Positions 19,220 through 29,775 are shown, numbered from the stretch's first letter. The stretch: 64,000 nucleotides of DNA from Candidatus Acidiferrales bacterium (GCA_035517955.1 DATIYC010000200.1:10398-74397), one strand, 5' to 3'. Notes: generated by a model not told the origin, from the sequence alone. Translations and numbers: made by a program.

Positions 19220-20230
19220 CTAATGCCACTCTTCCAGCGTCATTCCTTTCGTATATTGGTCCCAACTCTTCTTACCTAATGCTATCATGACCTCTTCAGG
19301 ATTCAGGACGGGTTTCCGGTAGCGTTCCTGGTCGTCTGTGCTGATTCGTGGACAGGAGATTTCTACGTACGCTTCTAGGTCCGTGAACGACTCTAGCGTC
19401 TCTGGGATCACTTCTGATGCGGAAATTAGAATTGTCAACTGCCCGTTCTGTTCGAGGAGGCTCTTCAACCGACGGGCTAGGGCAATATTCATCTGGCTAC
19501 TTTTGAGGCCGACGATGATTCCGATTCTTTTCGCAACCTTGAACTTTTCAATGTTCGCCCACCTCTTACGGAGGAGTGTTTTGCAGGTTTCCGTCATGTC
19601 CTTGGCAATTTGCTGAAAGGGGTCAACGACAATTGTTCTTTTGCCGGTAGCTAATGGAATGCCTAAGGCGTGAAAGTCTCCTCCGCTGAGCACCACTATC
19701 GCGTCCGCCTTCTCTCCAATTGCTCTAACGCTACCATAATCGCAACCCAATACTTGGCCGGGGTACTTCAGCCAACCAGACGGGCGTCCGATGAGAACCT
19801 CCTTTTCATGTTCCTCAAGAATTTCTTTCGCACGGGGTAGTTGGTGAATGTGTTGAATATTGGAGGCGAGACCGATACTGTGTTCGCTCTCCAGCATGTT
19901 CACCGCTTGCATCATTGGTACGTCTATTGAAGCGTTCGATCTTGCTTCAACAAAGAATACGTTTTCGTCGGGAAACTCACCCGGAATCTCCGCATGTCCA
20001 AGATGGATGAGGAGATCGGCCTCAACGTGTTTTTTCGGGTACAATGCAAGGTCGCAGGCACCATAACAAGGATCCCCAGACACGAACACCTCAACCCCTG
20101 CTTCTTTCTCTATGAGCTTAGCTAGCTGGAATCCGACTGGTTTCAAACCCTCAGGCATCTGCAGCATTATGCGTCTTGCGCCGCGCTTTCTAATCTCCTC
20201 TACGATCCTAGCCTCTTCAAGCTGATACAT
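19220..20230 (-). CDS. dph2: Diphthamide biosynthesis protein Dph2 (2-(3-amino-3-carboxypropyl)histidine synthase)
   Basis: 'MYQLEEARIVEEIRKRGARRIMLQMPEGLK' N-terminus and 'GDPCYGACD' motif. The ORF opens at 20296, but ATG 20230 fits the family start. Confidence 0.8.
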   Translation of the reverse strand: MYQLEEARIVEEIRKRGARRIMLQMPEGLKPVGFQLAKLIEKEAGVEVFVSGDPCYGACDLALYPKKHVEADLLIHLGHAEIPGEFPDENVFFVEARSNASIDVPMMQAVNMLESEHSIGLASNIQHIHQLPRAKEILEEHEKEVLIGRPSGWLKYPGQVLGCDYGSVRAIGEKADAIVVLSGGDFHALGIPLATGKRTIVVDPFQQIAKDMTETCKTLLRKRWANIEKFKVAKRIGIIVGLKSSQMNIALARRLKSLLEQNGQLTILISASEVIPETLESFTDLEAYVEISCPRISTDDQERYRKPVLNPEEVMIALGKKSWDQYTKGMTLEEWH

Positions 20231-20309
20231 AGTTAAGCAACTGTGTAGCTGACGAACTGAGCAACTTAACCGTTCCTTCCGATAAGAATGGTTCAAGAGT
20301 CATACGCTG

Positions 20310-21032
20310 TTGAATATTCCAACTGGATTTGTCGACAAGGCCCGGTTCGTTCGTGTAGTCTTCACCGACGTCGAAAGAGAGTACGATGCCCTTCTTCGTG
20401 CAATGACTTTCGGTTTCGATATAGTTTGGAGAAGGTGCATGTTATCGAAAATCGATTTTTCACGAGAGTTAATGATTCTTGATTTAGCGTGTGGAACCGG
20501 CCTCGTCACTTATGCACTTGGTAAGAGAGTGAGTTCAGGCAGTCTGATTGTAGGATTGGATCTAAGTTATGCGATGTTGAGGGTAGCGGCGGGAAGGAGG
20601 CGAGCGATTCAAGTCAATTGTCCGATTGAGTTCGTAAGAGCGGTAGGTGAATTTCTGCCCTTTCGCGATCAACTCTTCAACTACGTCACCATCGGCTTAG
20701 CTTTGCGGAACTTCGCGAATAAGCTTGGCATGTTCAAGGAGAGCCTAAGAGTCCTAACCTATGCTGGGTGGTTTCTTTCAGTTGATTTCGTTCGCCTCGA
20801 AAACCCATACGTTTGGCCAATTTACAAGTTTCATTTGTTTCGCACCATGCCCGCGCTCGGCAAACTCGTTTCAAAATACTGGTATCGAACCCTAGTATAC
20901 TTGGCCAACTCGATCACAATCTCTACCCCACCTGTCGAGAATTGTAGACAGCTAGCTTCAATTGGCTACAGGAACACATCGTTTAAGAGGATTACACTCG
21001 GTGTCGTGGCACTACTGACTGCACAGAAATAA
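20310..21032 (+). CDS. UbiE/MenG-type class I SAM methyltransferase
   Basis: 240 aa. 'YD..L..MTFG....WRR' followed by 'ILDLACGTG'. Confidence 0.7.
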   Translation: MNIPTGFVDKARFVRVVFTDVEREYDALLRAMTFGFDIVWRRCMLSKIDFSRELMILDLACGTGLVTYALGKRVSSGSLIVGLDLSYAMLRVAAGRRRAIQVNCPIEFVRAVGEFLPFRDQLFNYVTIGLALRNFANKLGMFKESLRVLTYAGWFLSVDFVRLENPYVWPIYKFHLFRTMPALGKLVSKYWYRTLVYLANSITISTPPVENCRQLASIGYRNTSFKRITLGVVALLTAQK

Positions 21033-21094
21033 CGTCGTCTCAGATGAACATCAGCATGACTCGACAGTTTGGCGCGCGGAGATAGGGCGTTCCT

Positions 21095-21502
21095 TCACAA
21101 GATAATGAGGAACATTGCGAATTCAACAGCTGCCACAATCAATGTTGCTACCAATGCCCATTTTGACAAGCTTCTTCCAAGCGGCAATGTCGACATGAAA
21201 CTACTCAACAACCCGGTGACCGCCACGACGACACCAACCACCATCACGATAACCCCCAAACTCATCTGGTATAGTTGGAGAATCCAGACGATGCCGTTAA
21301 CCATGAAAAGAAAAATGGCATCGGAGTATGTCACTTGATGAAAATGTGGGCTAAGCAGCGTTTTCACTTTCTGAAAGTGCACGCCCTCAACCTCCCCCAA
21401 CTCGTTCAGAATCAGCTTCTGGAAGAGGTAGCCCCAAGCTACGGTGACGAAAAAGAAGAGTGTTGGTGCTAGGATTAGGATGTGTTCCTCAAGGCTCAGC
21501 AT
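21095..21502 (-). CDS. Small polytopic membrane protein (4 TM)
   Basis: 135 aa, strongly hydrophobic segments. No family recognised. Confidence 0.45.
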   Translation of the reverse strand: MLSLEEHILILAPTLFFFVTVAWGYLFQKLILNELGEVEGVHFQKVKTLLSPHFHQVTYSDAIFLFMVNGIVWILQLYQMSLGVIVMVVGVVVAVTGLLSSFMSTLPLGRSLSKWALVATLIVAAVEFAMFLIIL

Positions 21503-21762
21503 CGCGCGGCATCCCTTAAAGAAAGAGTTTTGCGAGCTGAGCTTATCTTATTTTGGCTCGACCACTAGCCGTCTACGAAGTGTTGGATAGCCTAGTTGGG
21601 TTAAGTGTAAGACAGCGAATGGGGACGTCATACACGGTCTGATCTGTCGTGGGAGATTACAGCATGTATCCCCTGCCATCTTTTAGTTAACGTGTGGCGG
21701 TTATCAATTTCTATAGGGTATTACACCGTAGTTTCTTAGGTTGGGTGGTTGAGTTGTTCACG

Positions 21763-22272
21763 ATGCAGGAACTCTATTCCTACGCTTCCGCCGTACGTCG
21801 CAGTTTTGCCGAGAAACTCACTGAGTTGCCTTACGAGGTCGTTGACAAGAATAGGGAGGCCAGTTTCTACACGATGAAGAACATTCTCCTGCACATGATC
21901 GACAACGAGGATTGGATTGTGAGTTGGGTGATTCAAGGTAAGTCGCAGGAGTACGTGCGCAGGAAGTGGTCAGAGTACACTAGTATGCAGATGGTGCTTC
22001 AACACCTTGCCGAAGTTGAACAGCGAACCCGTGATTTCTTGAAAGCCGCAAATGATGCTGAACTGAGTAGGAGAGTAGATTTTCTTCTCTCTTCAGGTAA
22101 GTCGTTCAACTTATCCGTCGAGGAATGCCTCTTTCAATCTTTTACAGAACAGCTGTACCATCTAGGCGAGCTCATCGCATTGCTATGGCAGGACAGCCTT
22201 GAACCACCCAAAATGCAGTGGTTCTGGAACAATCCACGGGAGCGTGATGACGTTAGCCACGCTGGAACGTAA
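21763..22272 (+). CDS. DinB/YfiT-like four-helix-bundle protein
   Basis: 'LLHMIDNEDWIVSW' and 'YHLGELIALL' His-containing helices. The ORF opens at 21694, but ATG 21763 is the likely start. Confidence 0.55.
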   Translation: MQELYSYASAVRRSFAEKLTELPYEVVDKNREASFYTMKNILLHMIDNEDWIVSWVIQGKSQEYVRRKWSEYTSMQMVLQHLAEVEQRTRDFLKAANDAELSRRVDFLLSSGKSFNLSVEECLFQSFTEQLYHLGELIALLWQDSLEPPKMQWFWNNPRERDDVSHAGT

Positions 22273-22293
22273 GGGATTGAGGGACGAGTTGGC

Positions 22294-22815
22294 CTAAGCT
22301 GCCTGTGGAACCGGTGCGACTACCATTTTTTCCTGCGTGATAACGCAGGCCACTGGAAGCTTCGTCGTTCCCACCCGGAGCGCTTCCTTTGCGGTATTAA
22401 CCCCGTTGGTGTTCACGTAGATATCCAGAATTGATTGTCCTGTTTTGATTCTGGCTGCCCTACCTGTTGGTTTGCCGAAGGATCGGCGCATTCCCTCTTG
22501 TAACCTGTCAGCGCCTGCGGTTGCTATCATGCGGTTCTCACGGAGGATTATGTGTGGGTAAACTTTGAGGTGGATCTTGTATCCGACCTCTCCCAGAACG
22601 TCGAAGAGAACCTTGTTCGCGGAAACCCTCGCGGCTTCAAGAGCATTATGTCTGATTTGGACTGGGCCCTGTGCGACTAGGGATAATCGGTATTCGAACT
22701 TGCTTTTCATGTCGCCCATCATGAACTTCGATATTTTGGGTGGGGGCGAACCGTGAATGTATTTTCCCCTAGTGTATGGTTGGCCCTTTGGTTGGCGGTA
22801 GTTTCTACCTCTCAT
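22294..22815 (-). CDS. rpl10e: 50S ribosomal protein L10e (uL16)
   Basis: 173 aa. 'YRQPKGQPYTRGKYIHG.PPPKI' and 'RMIATAGADRLQEGMR'. Confidence 0.9.
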   Translation of the reverse strand: MRGRNYRQPKGQPYTRGKYIHGSPPPKISKFMMGDMKSKFEYRLSLVAQGPVQIRHNALEAARVSANKVLFDVLGEVGYKIHLKVYPHIILRENRMIATAGADRLQEGMRRSFGKPTGRAARIKTGQSILDIYVNTNGVNTAKEALRVGTTKLPVACVITQEKMVVAPVPQAA

Positions 22816-22866
22816 GTCGTTAACTCTCGCGAAGGTGCCTCAAAGGCTGAGGAGTGTTACTTAAGT

Positions 22867-23562
22867 CTACGCCAGCTTACCCGTCGCTCTTCTCAAAGTA
22901 CCGAGCAGAAGCGAAGCCTCTCGCTGAGAGATGAATGAGCGGGATACGACGTTTCGGAACGAGCGTTCAGCCAATTTACGTTTGTGTTCCTGCACTCCAC
23001 TGCGTTTCACGAGCTGATCGAACTGAGTCTGCAATCTCACTTTCACAACTTTTGATGCAAGCTTGGGGCCAGTGTGCGTTGTATGTTTTCGGAATAGTTC
23101 GTAGAAGATGATCGTCGCGGCCGACGCTAGGTTCAGAACATTGTAGGTACGGCTGGCGGGGATTGTGACTAGGAAATCACATTTCTCAACCTCCCTGTTG
23201 CTCAACCCTGAACTCTCTCTTCCAAACACGATGCCCACACTCCCCTTAGAGGCGTGAATTTTTGCGGCCAGTTGGTTTGGGGTCATCGGAACGCGGACTA
23301 GGTTGGATCTGCTGCTCGCCGCGACTGCGCTTGTGCTCACAATGAGGTCCAACCCTCTTAGTGCCGTCGGCAGCGTCCTCACAATTTTCGCCTTCGCCAA
23401 TACGTCATAACCATGCATAGCGAATGCCCTCGCCTCCATACTCAACGGCTCCTTCGGATTCACAATCCAAAGACTCGAAAGGTCGAAGTTCTTCATTGCA
23501 CGGGCAACAGCGCCAATGTTGCCGGCTTTCTCGGGCTCGACCAGGATGATTCTAATAACCAA
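22867..23562 (-). CDS. SPOUT (TrmH/TrmJ-type) tRNA/rRNA 2'-O-methyltransferase
   Basis: 231 aa. 'LVEPEKAGNIGAVARAMKNF', 'FGRESSGLSN' and 'NLASAATIIFYE'. Confidence 0.75.
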   Translation of the reverse strand: MVIRIILVEPEKAGNIGAVARAMKNFDLSSLWIVNPKEPLSMEARAFAMHGYDVLAKAKIVRTLPTALRGLDLIVSTSAVAASSRSNLVRVPMTPNQLAAKIHASKGSVGIVFGRESSGLSNREVEKCDFLVTIPASRTYNVLNLASAATIIFYELFRKHTTHTGPKLASKVVKVRLQTQFDQLVKRSGVQEHKRKLAERSFRNVVSRSFISQREASLLLGTLRRATGKLA

Positions 23563-23568
23563 TGGGCA

Positions 23569-24393
23569 TTAGGCCCCTGGTTGCTTCATAGCGTTGACTA
23601 TGCTGTTTGATAGCTCAATGAATTCGTCCGGACTCAGTTCATACACTCTCTTTTCAGACACGTCTATTTTCGTTATGATCTTCTCCGAATTGACTGGATA
23701 CTTGGAGGCGAGATATCGGGCTAATACTTTACGAAGTTTGCGACGGCGTTGCGTGAATAGCATTCGAACTAGGTCTGTAAGCCCTTCCACGTCTTCTATG
23801 TGCTTGTGGTCTTTGATTGGGTTGATTGCGACGAGTGCGGAATCCACTCTTGGCCGGGGGTAGAATGCGAACCTCGACACTTTTTCTATGTATTCTGCCT
23901 GAGCCTTGCTTTGCAACATTACACTTAGCCTCCCATAACCTCTAGAGCCGCAATCTGATGTTAGTCTCCTCACGAAGTCCTCTTGCAATAACAATGTTGC
24001 CGACTTGAATCCACTACCTATGATGTGAAGGGTCAGTTTGGAGGAGATGTTGTATGGTGGGCTTGAAACTACCTTAGCTTGAGATGGAATAGGCGTCTTG
24101 AGTGCGTCTCCCTGAACCACCTCCACGTTCGAATGCTGAGCGAACTTGTGAATGAGATACGCAGCAAGTGTTCGATCTTTCTCTATCGCGGTGACGTGTC
24201 CTGCCCTCGCTGCTAATGCCGTTGTTAAGAAGCCTAGACCGGGTCCCACTTCGAGAACCGCGTCATGAGGAGTTAAATCTGCGCGGTTTGCGAGTTCGTC
24301 GCGAACAGATGTGTCGATCAGGAAGTGTTGGCCGAAGCGCTTGAGAGGGGGAATTCCTAGCTGGCTCAGTTCGCGTTTGACCCACGCCAACAC
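23569..24393 (-). CDS. ksgA: 16S rRNA (adenine1518/1519-N6)-dimethyltransferase KsgA/Dim1
   Basis: 274 aa. 'FGQHFL' and 'VLEVGPGLGFLT'. Confidence 0.9.
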   Translation of the reverse strand: MLAWVKRELSQLGIPPLKRFGQHFLIDTSVRDELANRADLTPHDAVLEVGPGLGFLTTALAARAGHVTAIEKDRTLAAYLIHKFAQHSNVEVVQGDALKTPIPSQAKVVSSPPYNISSKLTLHIIGSGFKSATLLLQEDFVRRLTSDCGSRGYGRLSVMLQSKAQAEYIEKVSRFAFYPRPRVDSALVAINPIKDHKHIEDVEGLTDLVRMLFTQRRRKLRKVLARYLASKYPVNSEKIITKIDVSEKRVYELSPDEFIELSNSIVNAMKQPGA

Positions 24394-24428
24394 TGTTGCC
24401 TCGTTTTAGGGTTGATTTACTGCAATCC

Positions 24429-25532
24429 TCACGCCTTTAGGAATTTGGATATGTCTGTTTGGCCGGTCTGTTTCGTTAGTGTGGAGACTTTCACTCCTAC
24501 CCTGCGTAGTTTCGCATCAGGGTTCTGCTTAAGGTATTCCTCAAGCAACTGTTTCGCGGCGTTCTCGATGACTCTTGCCTCGGAGGTTGAAGATTCGATC
24601 ATCTTTGACTTACTGTGAATGGTAAGGTCAGTGAGTATCGCAATGATTGCGACAGACTTTCCAGTGATTCCTGCTTCTTTCAGCTTGGCGGCTACGGACG
24701 TTACGAGTTCTTGTAGGAGGGGAAGAATTTGTTGCAGGTCGCGGGTGTTCTGTTTCAGAGTTGCGATTCGGCTGAATTGTGTTGGCTGTTCCCTCTCCTT
24801 CACCGGCTCATCGTCCTCTCCTCTCGACGCGCGGTAAAGGTATGTTCCCAAGCCTTTGCCAAAGATCTCAGTAAGAAGCGTTGGGCTAAGTGCGGAAAGC
24901 TCTGCGATGGTGGACACGTTTAACTGCGTGAGCCGTTCCTCCGACTTCTTTCCCACTCCCGGAATCCTACCGACGGGAAGGGAGGATAGGAATTGTTCAG
25001 CTTCCCCGGGTTTCACGATCGTTAATCCGTCAGGTTTCGCTTGGTCTGACGCGATCTTAGCCAAGACTTTGTTCGGTCCGACACCTATCGAACAGGTTAT
25101 GTGTTCCTGCGCATATATTTGCTTCTTAATCTCAATCGCTATCTCCCGAGCCGCATCAAAATTGCTTCCAACTCTAGACGTCACGTCCAGGAATGCTTCA
25201 TCGATACTGACTTGCTCGAAATTGTCAGCGCTTGTTCGGAGAGTATCCATGACTCGCTCTGATACTTCTTCGTAGTATGAGCGGTTCATTGGTAGGAAGA
25301 CTGCGTCAGGGAGGGATTCTAGGAGTTTTTTCGCGCGAACTATGGGAACCCCTGCCCTCACTCCATACTTTCTGGCCGGGTAGTTTGAAGTGCTGACGGC
25401 GCCGCTCTCCTCGGTTCGTCCAGAGTACACACAGACGACTACTGGTTTTCCGCGAATGTTTGGGTTTGCGTTCTCTTCACATTGTGCGTAGAAGTAGTCG
25501 AGGTCTGCGTGCAATATGACCCTTTGCAGCAA
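24429..25532 (-). CDS. dinB: Y-family DNA polymerase IV (Dpo4/Dbh-like)
   Basis: 367 aa. 'ILHADLDYFYAQCE', 'SIDEAFLDV' and 'IPGVGKK'. Confidence 0.9.
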   Translation of the reverse strand: MLQRVILHADLDYFYAQCEENANPNIRGKPVVVCVYSGRTEESGAVSTSNYPARKYGVRAGVPIVRAKKLLESLPDAVFLPMNRSYYEEVSERVMDTLRTSADNFEQVSIDEAFLDVTSRVGSNFDAAREIAIEIKKQIYAQEHITCSIGVGPNKVLAKIASDQAKPDGLTIVKPGEAEQFLSSLPVGRIPGVGKKSEERLTQLNVSTIAELSALSPTLLTEIFGKGLGTYLYRASRGEDDEPVKEREQPTQFSRIATLKQNTRDLQQILPLLQELVTSVAAKLKEAGITGKSVAIIAILTDLTIHSKSKMIESSTSEARVIENAAKQLLEEYLKQNPDAKLRRVGVKVSTLTKQTGQTDISKFLKA

Positions 25533-25544
25533 TCCTGTTGCTCT

Positions 25545-26204
25545 CTACATTGCACGGGAGAAAATCCTGTACTTCTCCCCACCACTCAACTCATCCAATA
25601 TGCGTTTCGCTATGACCTTAATCGGGTCTCCGACGCTTGTGCGGTCTTGGATGTCTTTGAAAGATGTAAATGCCTTCCTCTCCCTGGCGTTGATTATTTG
25701 CCACATAGACTTCTTCCCAATCCCGGGTAGAAGTTCAAGTGCGTGCATACGTGGTGTTATCGCTTGGGAATTGTTGAAGAAGGCTACGAAGCGTTGCTCT
25801 TGGTGTGCGATCAGTTCCTCGAGTACGGAGAGGACTTCAGCTTTGGCGTTGGCTGTTAGGTCGTCGTACCCTATCCTGCCTATAATTCGGTTTATCTTCT
25901 CTCGTCGATCCTTTCCTATGTAGACCCGTTCATGAAGGTTGACTTGGCTACCGGGCCGAACCTCTGCCTCAAGCAATGTGAAGTAGGTTTCACCAATCAC
26001 TTGAACCGTTGGTAGGGCCAAATGTCTAGGTTTGTCTGCGGCTGGACGTCCAAACTGGAGGTAATCCAAGACATAGGCGTACTCTTCGTACAGACGTGGT
26101 GGAAGACTGCTTTCCGAGGCCGCACTCGTGCTGGACCTATACCTGGCTGACGCTGTAGAACCTAAGCCTCGTGCCTGTTCTGACCCTCTTGTACTATCAG
26201 ACAT
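25545..26204 (-). CDS. DUF655 nucleic-acid-binding protein (OB + HhH)
   Basis: 219 aa. 'YVLDYLQFGRP', 'RMHALELLPGIGKK'. Conserved position between rpoF and ksgA. Confidence 0.7.
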   Translation of the reverse strand: MSDSTRGSEQARGLGSTASARYRSSTSAASESSLPPRLYEEYAYVLDYLQFGRPAADKPRHLALPTVQVIGETYFTLLEAEVRPGSQVNLHERVYIGKDRREKINRIIGRIGYDDLTANAKAEVLSVLEELIAHQEQRFVAFFNNSQAITPRMHALELLPGIGKKSMWQIINARERKAFTSFKDIQDRTSVGDPIKVIAKRILDELSGGEKYRIFSRAM

Positions 26205-26395
26205 TTTGTCTTGTCTCCAGAAGTAGCGAGCTTTGGGCGCGCTAATTTATCCAATAATTCGGCCCGTCTATCTTCTCAGGACTAGCTATGAAACTCGGGC
26301 CACGGGCTAGCAAAGGTTAACATATCCACCCTAGAGTGGTGGGTTTGCGAGGAAAAAACCTTGCTATTTCCTGATCCAGCAGCTACTAGGGCTGT

Positions 26396-26731
26396 CTAGT
26401 CTTCCCTGTACTCGTTGACAAGTTTGAGTATGTCTTCAAGCTGGGTACCGCTAATGATTCTGCCTTTAATCGTCAGAATCGTCCGCACTTCCTCAATGTA
26501 GTGGGGCATTGTATTGACGATCTGGATCGCGTCCTTTCGCTCAAGTTGGAACTTGTCGCCGAGTTCGCGAATCAGCTTCTCGGCCTTAGGAGGTTGGATT
26601 TTAGAGAATTTTGACGCGTAATCAAGCGTCCTCCTCTGGAATTCTCCCAGTTCGTCTTCTTTGGCCCTTTCCAGTGTTTTCTTGGCTTCAGGCGTAGTTG
26701 CGGGTTTCGAGTCCACTATCTTTCTGGGCAA
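26396..26731 (-). CDS. rpoF: DNA-directed RNA polymerase subunit F (Rpo4/Rpb4-like)
   Basis: 111 aa helical protein. Conserved L21e-RpoF-DUF655 order. Confidence 0.7.
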   Translation of the reverse strand: MPRKIVDSKPATTPEAKKTLERAKEDELGEFQRRTLDYASKFSKIQPPKAEKLIRELGDKFQLERKDAIQIVNTMPHYIEEVRTILTIKGRIISGTQLEDILKLVNEYRED

Positions 26732-26741
26732 CTGGGTTCAC

Positions 26742-27032
26742 TCAGCGTACGGGGGTAAGGTGTTCGGGTCGGGCGATGATCTGTCTCTTCTGTCCTCCCG
26801 TTGTAACATGGACGACATAGGCTTTACCGCGTTTTTCATGGATCACTCCAACCCGGCCGTGGTATCGTCTGTGAGGCATACCCTTGTGCACGGACGGTTC
26901 AATTATGATCGTAACCTTCTGGCCAGGTTCATACGTCCTCAAAATTCTGCTGAGCCCAATCTTGCCTCGCTCGCGAGGATGCTTGCGAAACAGTTTCCTC
27001 GTTCTTGAGCGATATCCCTTCGAACGTCTCAT
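26742..27032 (-). CDS. rpl21e: 50S ribosomal protein L21e
   Basis: 96 aa. 'SKGYRSRTRKLF' and 'HRRYHGRVGVI'. Confidence 0.9.
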   Translation of the reverse strand: MRRSKGYRSRTRKLFRKHPRERGKIGLSRILRTYEPGQKVTIIIEPSVHKGMPHRRYHGRVGVIHEKRGKAYVVHVTTGGQKRQIIARPEHLTPVR

Positions 27033-27143
27033 GAGGTATGACCTTGAAGTTTGCTAGCAGACTAGAACGCGGGCTATTAACTTTCTTGGCTCGCAACAGT
27101 TTCAAATGACAGAGTCGCTTTGCGCGCTGTGAATTATCTTATT

Positions 27144-28484
27144 TCACTTCCTTACTTGGAACGGCATTTTTCCTCGACCAAAAGCAGCGCCGCGTCTTTT
27201 CATGCTCTTCATCATTTTCCTCATCATGAAATACTGGTTGATCATTTCCTTCACGTCTTTTTCCGATCTTCCAGAACCCCGAGCGATTCTACGTGCCCTA
27301 GATGAATCAACCAACTTCGGGTCCTCGACCTCATCGTGCGTCATCGATTGAATGATAACGCGCCAAGCATCCAGCTTCTTCTCAGCTGTCTCCATCGCAT
27401 CGTCCGGTACGTTCATCCCGCCCGGGACCATTCCGACGAGCTTCTTCAGTGGTCCCATTTTCCTGACGGCGACCATCTGGTCGTACATGTCCTTCAACGT
27501 GAACTTGCCCTCAAGAAATGCTCTGGCTTTCTTTTGGGGGAGCTCGACTTGAGCCTCGCGAACCTTTTCGACCAACGTCTTGATGTCGCCCATGCCTAGA
27601 AGGCGGCCGACAAATGTTGATGGTATGAATTGTTCGATGTCGTCGATCTTTTCGCCGGTGCCAACGAACTTAATTTTCGCGTGAGTGGCGGAAACGGCGG
27701 AGAGTGCGCCACCTCCTTTTGCGGTGCCGTCGAGTTTCGTGACTAGTATGGATCCAATCTTGGTGCTTTCGTTGAAAGCGGTTGCTTGTGTCAGAGCGGC
27801 TTGGCCGATTGAAGCGTCAATTGCTAAGATGATTTCGTCAGGTTGGATTTGCTTCGCGAGGTTCTTCATCTCGGACATAAGCTCTGACTCATCCTTATGC
27901 CTCCCGGCGGTATCGACGATGATGAGATCATTCTTTTGCGCGGTGAACTGTTCCATTCCTTTCCGAACAATTTTCATCACGTCCCTCGAGTTGGGTTCTC
28001 CGTAAACAGGAACGTTCACTCTATCCGCAAGCTGCTTGAGCTGGTCGAATGCGCCCGGTCTATACGTATCTGCACAGATGATAGCAGGTCTCACACCCCG
28101 TTTCTGGTAGAAGCGGGCAAGTTTGACTGACGCAGTAGTTTTGCCGGTTCCCTGAATTCCCACAAGCATAATCACCTGCCTCTTACCCGGCTCGATTACG
28201 AGTTTCGCGGGCTCCTCTCCAAGAAACCGAGTGAGTTCTTCATAGAGGACCTTTACCACATGGTCGTGGCGAGATATCCCAGGGGGGAGTTTCTCCTCAA
28301 GCGACCTTTTCTCTACAGCCTGAGAGATTTGAAGAACCAGGTTTACGTTAACGTCGGATTGGAGGAGGGCACGTTGGAGGTCGCGCACGAGTTCTTTAAC
28401 CGCCTTCTCGTCAACGACGGCCATCCTGAGCAGTTTCTTTACTGCGTCCCGCAGTGACTGACCCAAGCCCTCTGACGAACTCAT
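27144..28484 (-). CDS. srp54: Signal recognition particle protein SRP54
   Basis: 446 aa. GTPase motifs 'GIQGTGKTT', 'DTAGR' and 'TKLDG', plus a Met-rich M domain. Confidence 0.95.
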   Translation of the reverse strand: MSSSEGLGQSLRDAVKKLLRMAVVDEKAVKELVRDLQRALLQSDVNVNLVLQISQAVEKRSLEEKLPPGISRHDHVVKVLYEELTRFLGEEPAKLVIEPGKRQVIMLVGIQGTGKTTASVKLARFYQKRGVRPAIICADTYRPGAFDQLKQLADRVNVPVYGEPNSRDVMKIVRKGMEQFTAQKNDLIIVDTAGRHKDESELMSEMKNLAKQIQPDEIILAIDASIGQAALTQATAFNESTKIGSILVTKLDGTAKGGGALSAVSATHAKIKFVGTGEKIDDIEQFIPSTFVGRLLGMGDIKTLVEKVREAQVELPQKKARAFLEGKFTLKDMYDQMVAVRKMGPLKKLVGMVPGGMNVPDDAMETAEKKLDAWRVIIQSMTHDEVEDPKLVDSSRARRIARGSGRSEKDVKEMINQYFMMRKMMKSMKRRGAAFGRGKMPFQVRK

Positions 28485-28506
28485 CCGTCTTCCATCCTAA
28501 ACAGAA

Positions 28507-29376
28507 TTGATGGGTTGGTTAACGTGTCCTAAAAGTTCTTGTTGGGTACGCAAGAACGTTTTAATTAGCTGCCGACCTGACTTCAGGTTAGTTCTTCATA
28601 GAAGGTTATTAGACGTGTCGAACGGTCACTCCGAAAGTGACGAATTAAGAATAGTTGAAAATGATTCCATTGGTAAGGATTCGGTGGTGATCAATGGCTT
28701 ACCTGACGTTGGCCTAGTAGGGTTACTTGCAGCGTCTCACATCATCAGTTCTTTGAAACTGAAAGAAGTTGGAGCCATCGAATCCGAGCGTCTGCCACCA
28801 ATGATTGTTCTCCATGGGGGCTTGCCTAGGGCGCCCATTCGCATATTTTCCGGAAATGACCTGGCTGTAGTAATTTCCGAAACCGTCATCCCTAGCTCTC
28901 TAATCCGCCCACTCGCAAACCAACTGACAAACTGGGCTCATGAGAAGAGGGTTAAGCTGATGCTCTCATTGGGCGGAATGGCCGTTGGGAATAGGCAGGA
29001 TATTGAGACGCCCAAAGTTTTCGCCGCCATCTCCTCCAAAGAATTAGAGTCAAAACTAGGGAACGCAGCAGAAATACTCGAGGAAGGCTACATAGTAGGA
29101 GCCTATGGCCTACTTCTGCGTAGATGCGCGCAACTCTCCGTTCCAGCAATCACACTCCTAACACAATCCCACTACAATTACCCAGACCCTGAAGCAGCCG
29201 CCGCCTCGCTAAACGCTGTGAACAAGATTCTGAATTTGAAGCTAGACGTTTCGGATTTGATAAAGAGAGGAGAGGAGATACGTCTCCGTAGTAAAGATAT
29301 GATGCATCGAACACATGAGGAAATGACGAGGATGGATAAGTCTCATGAGTACGACCTGCCACCTCTTTATGGGTGA
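28507..29376 (+). CDS. PAC2-family proteasome assembly chaperone-like protein
   Basis: 'INGLPDVGLVGLLAASH' is typical of PAC2. The N-terminal 36 codons look non-native, so GTG 28615 is a plausible true start. Confidence 0.6.
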   Translation: MMGWLTCPKSSCWVRKNVLISCRPDFRLVLHRRLLDVSNGHSESDELRIVENDSIGKDSVVINGLPDVGLVGLLAASHIISSLKLKEVGAIESERLPPMIVLHGGLPRAPIRIFSGNDLAVVISETVIPSSLIRPLANQLTNWAHEKRVKLMLSLGGMAVGNRQDIETPKVFAAISSKELESKLGNAAEILEEGYIVGAYGLLLRRCAQLSVPAITLLTQSHYNYPDPEAAAASLNAVNKILNLKLDVSDLIKRGEEIRLRSKDMMHRTHEEMTRMDKSHEYDLPPLYG

Positions 29377-29382
29377 GGTAAG

Positions 29383-29745
29383 ATGAGCTCCGAATCGAGA
29401 AGCGATTTCACAACAATGCACGGCTCCGGTTGGAATGTCTCGTCCGCCTGCATCCAACCACTCTACAACCTCTTCGTAGCACTCAACGAAGTCGTGCTAA
29501 CAGTAGATCTTCCTTTCGTGAATGAAAAGAGCGTGAAATTACAAAGGCCCCGCGCCGATTCCATAGAGATTTACGCTGAGACCAAGAGAACGATCACCTT
29601 CAAAGACCTTGGCGCCAAGCACAGGCATGGTGAGTTTACCTGCTACCGCGCCATGATTCGCATGCCCGTACCAGTTGATCATAAGCGCGTAACTAAGAAA
29701 TTCAAAGGCGGCTTGCTAGAAGTTCACATTCACCGATCAAAGTAG
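29383..29745 (+). CDS. Hsp20/alpha-crystallin-like small protein
   Basis: 120 aa, beta-rich. The C-terminal 'GGLLEVHI' resembles the sHSP 'GVL.I..PK' strand. Weak assignment. Confidence 0.45.
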   Translation: MSSESRSDFTTMHGSGWNVSSACIQPLYNLFVALNEVVLTVDLPFVNEKSVKLQRPRADSIEIYAETKRTITFKDLGAKHRHGEFTCYRAMIRMPVPVDHKRVTKKFKGGLLEVHIHRSK

Positions 29746-29775
29746 CCGATCAACCAGCTGCAGCCATTACTCCAC

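Noticed and set aside
21590-21660. tRNA-like fragments (GGATAGCCTAGTTGGGTTAAG; also 26290-26350)
   Set aside because: No acceptor stem pairing and no GTTCRAATC T-loop. I found no convincing tRNA anywhere in the window.
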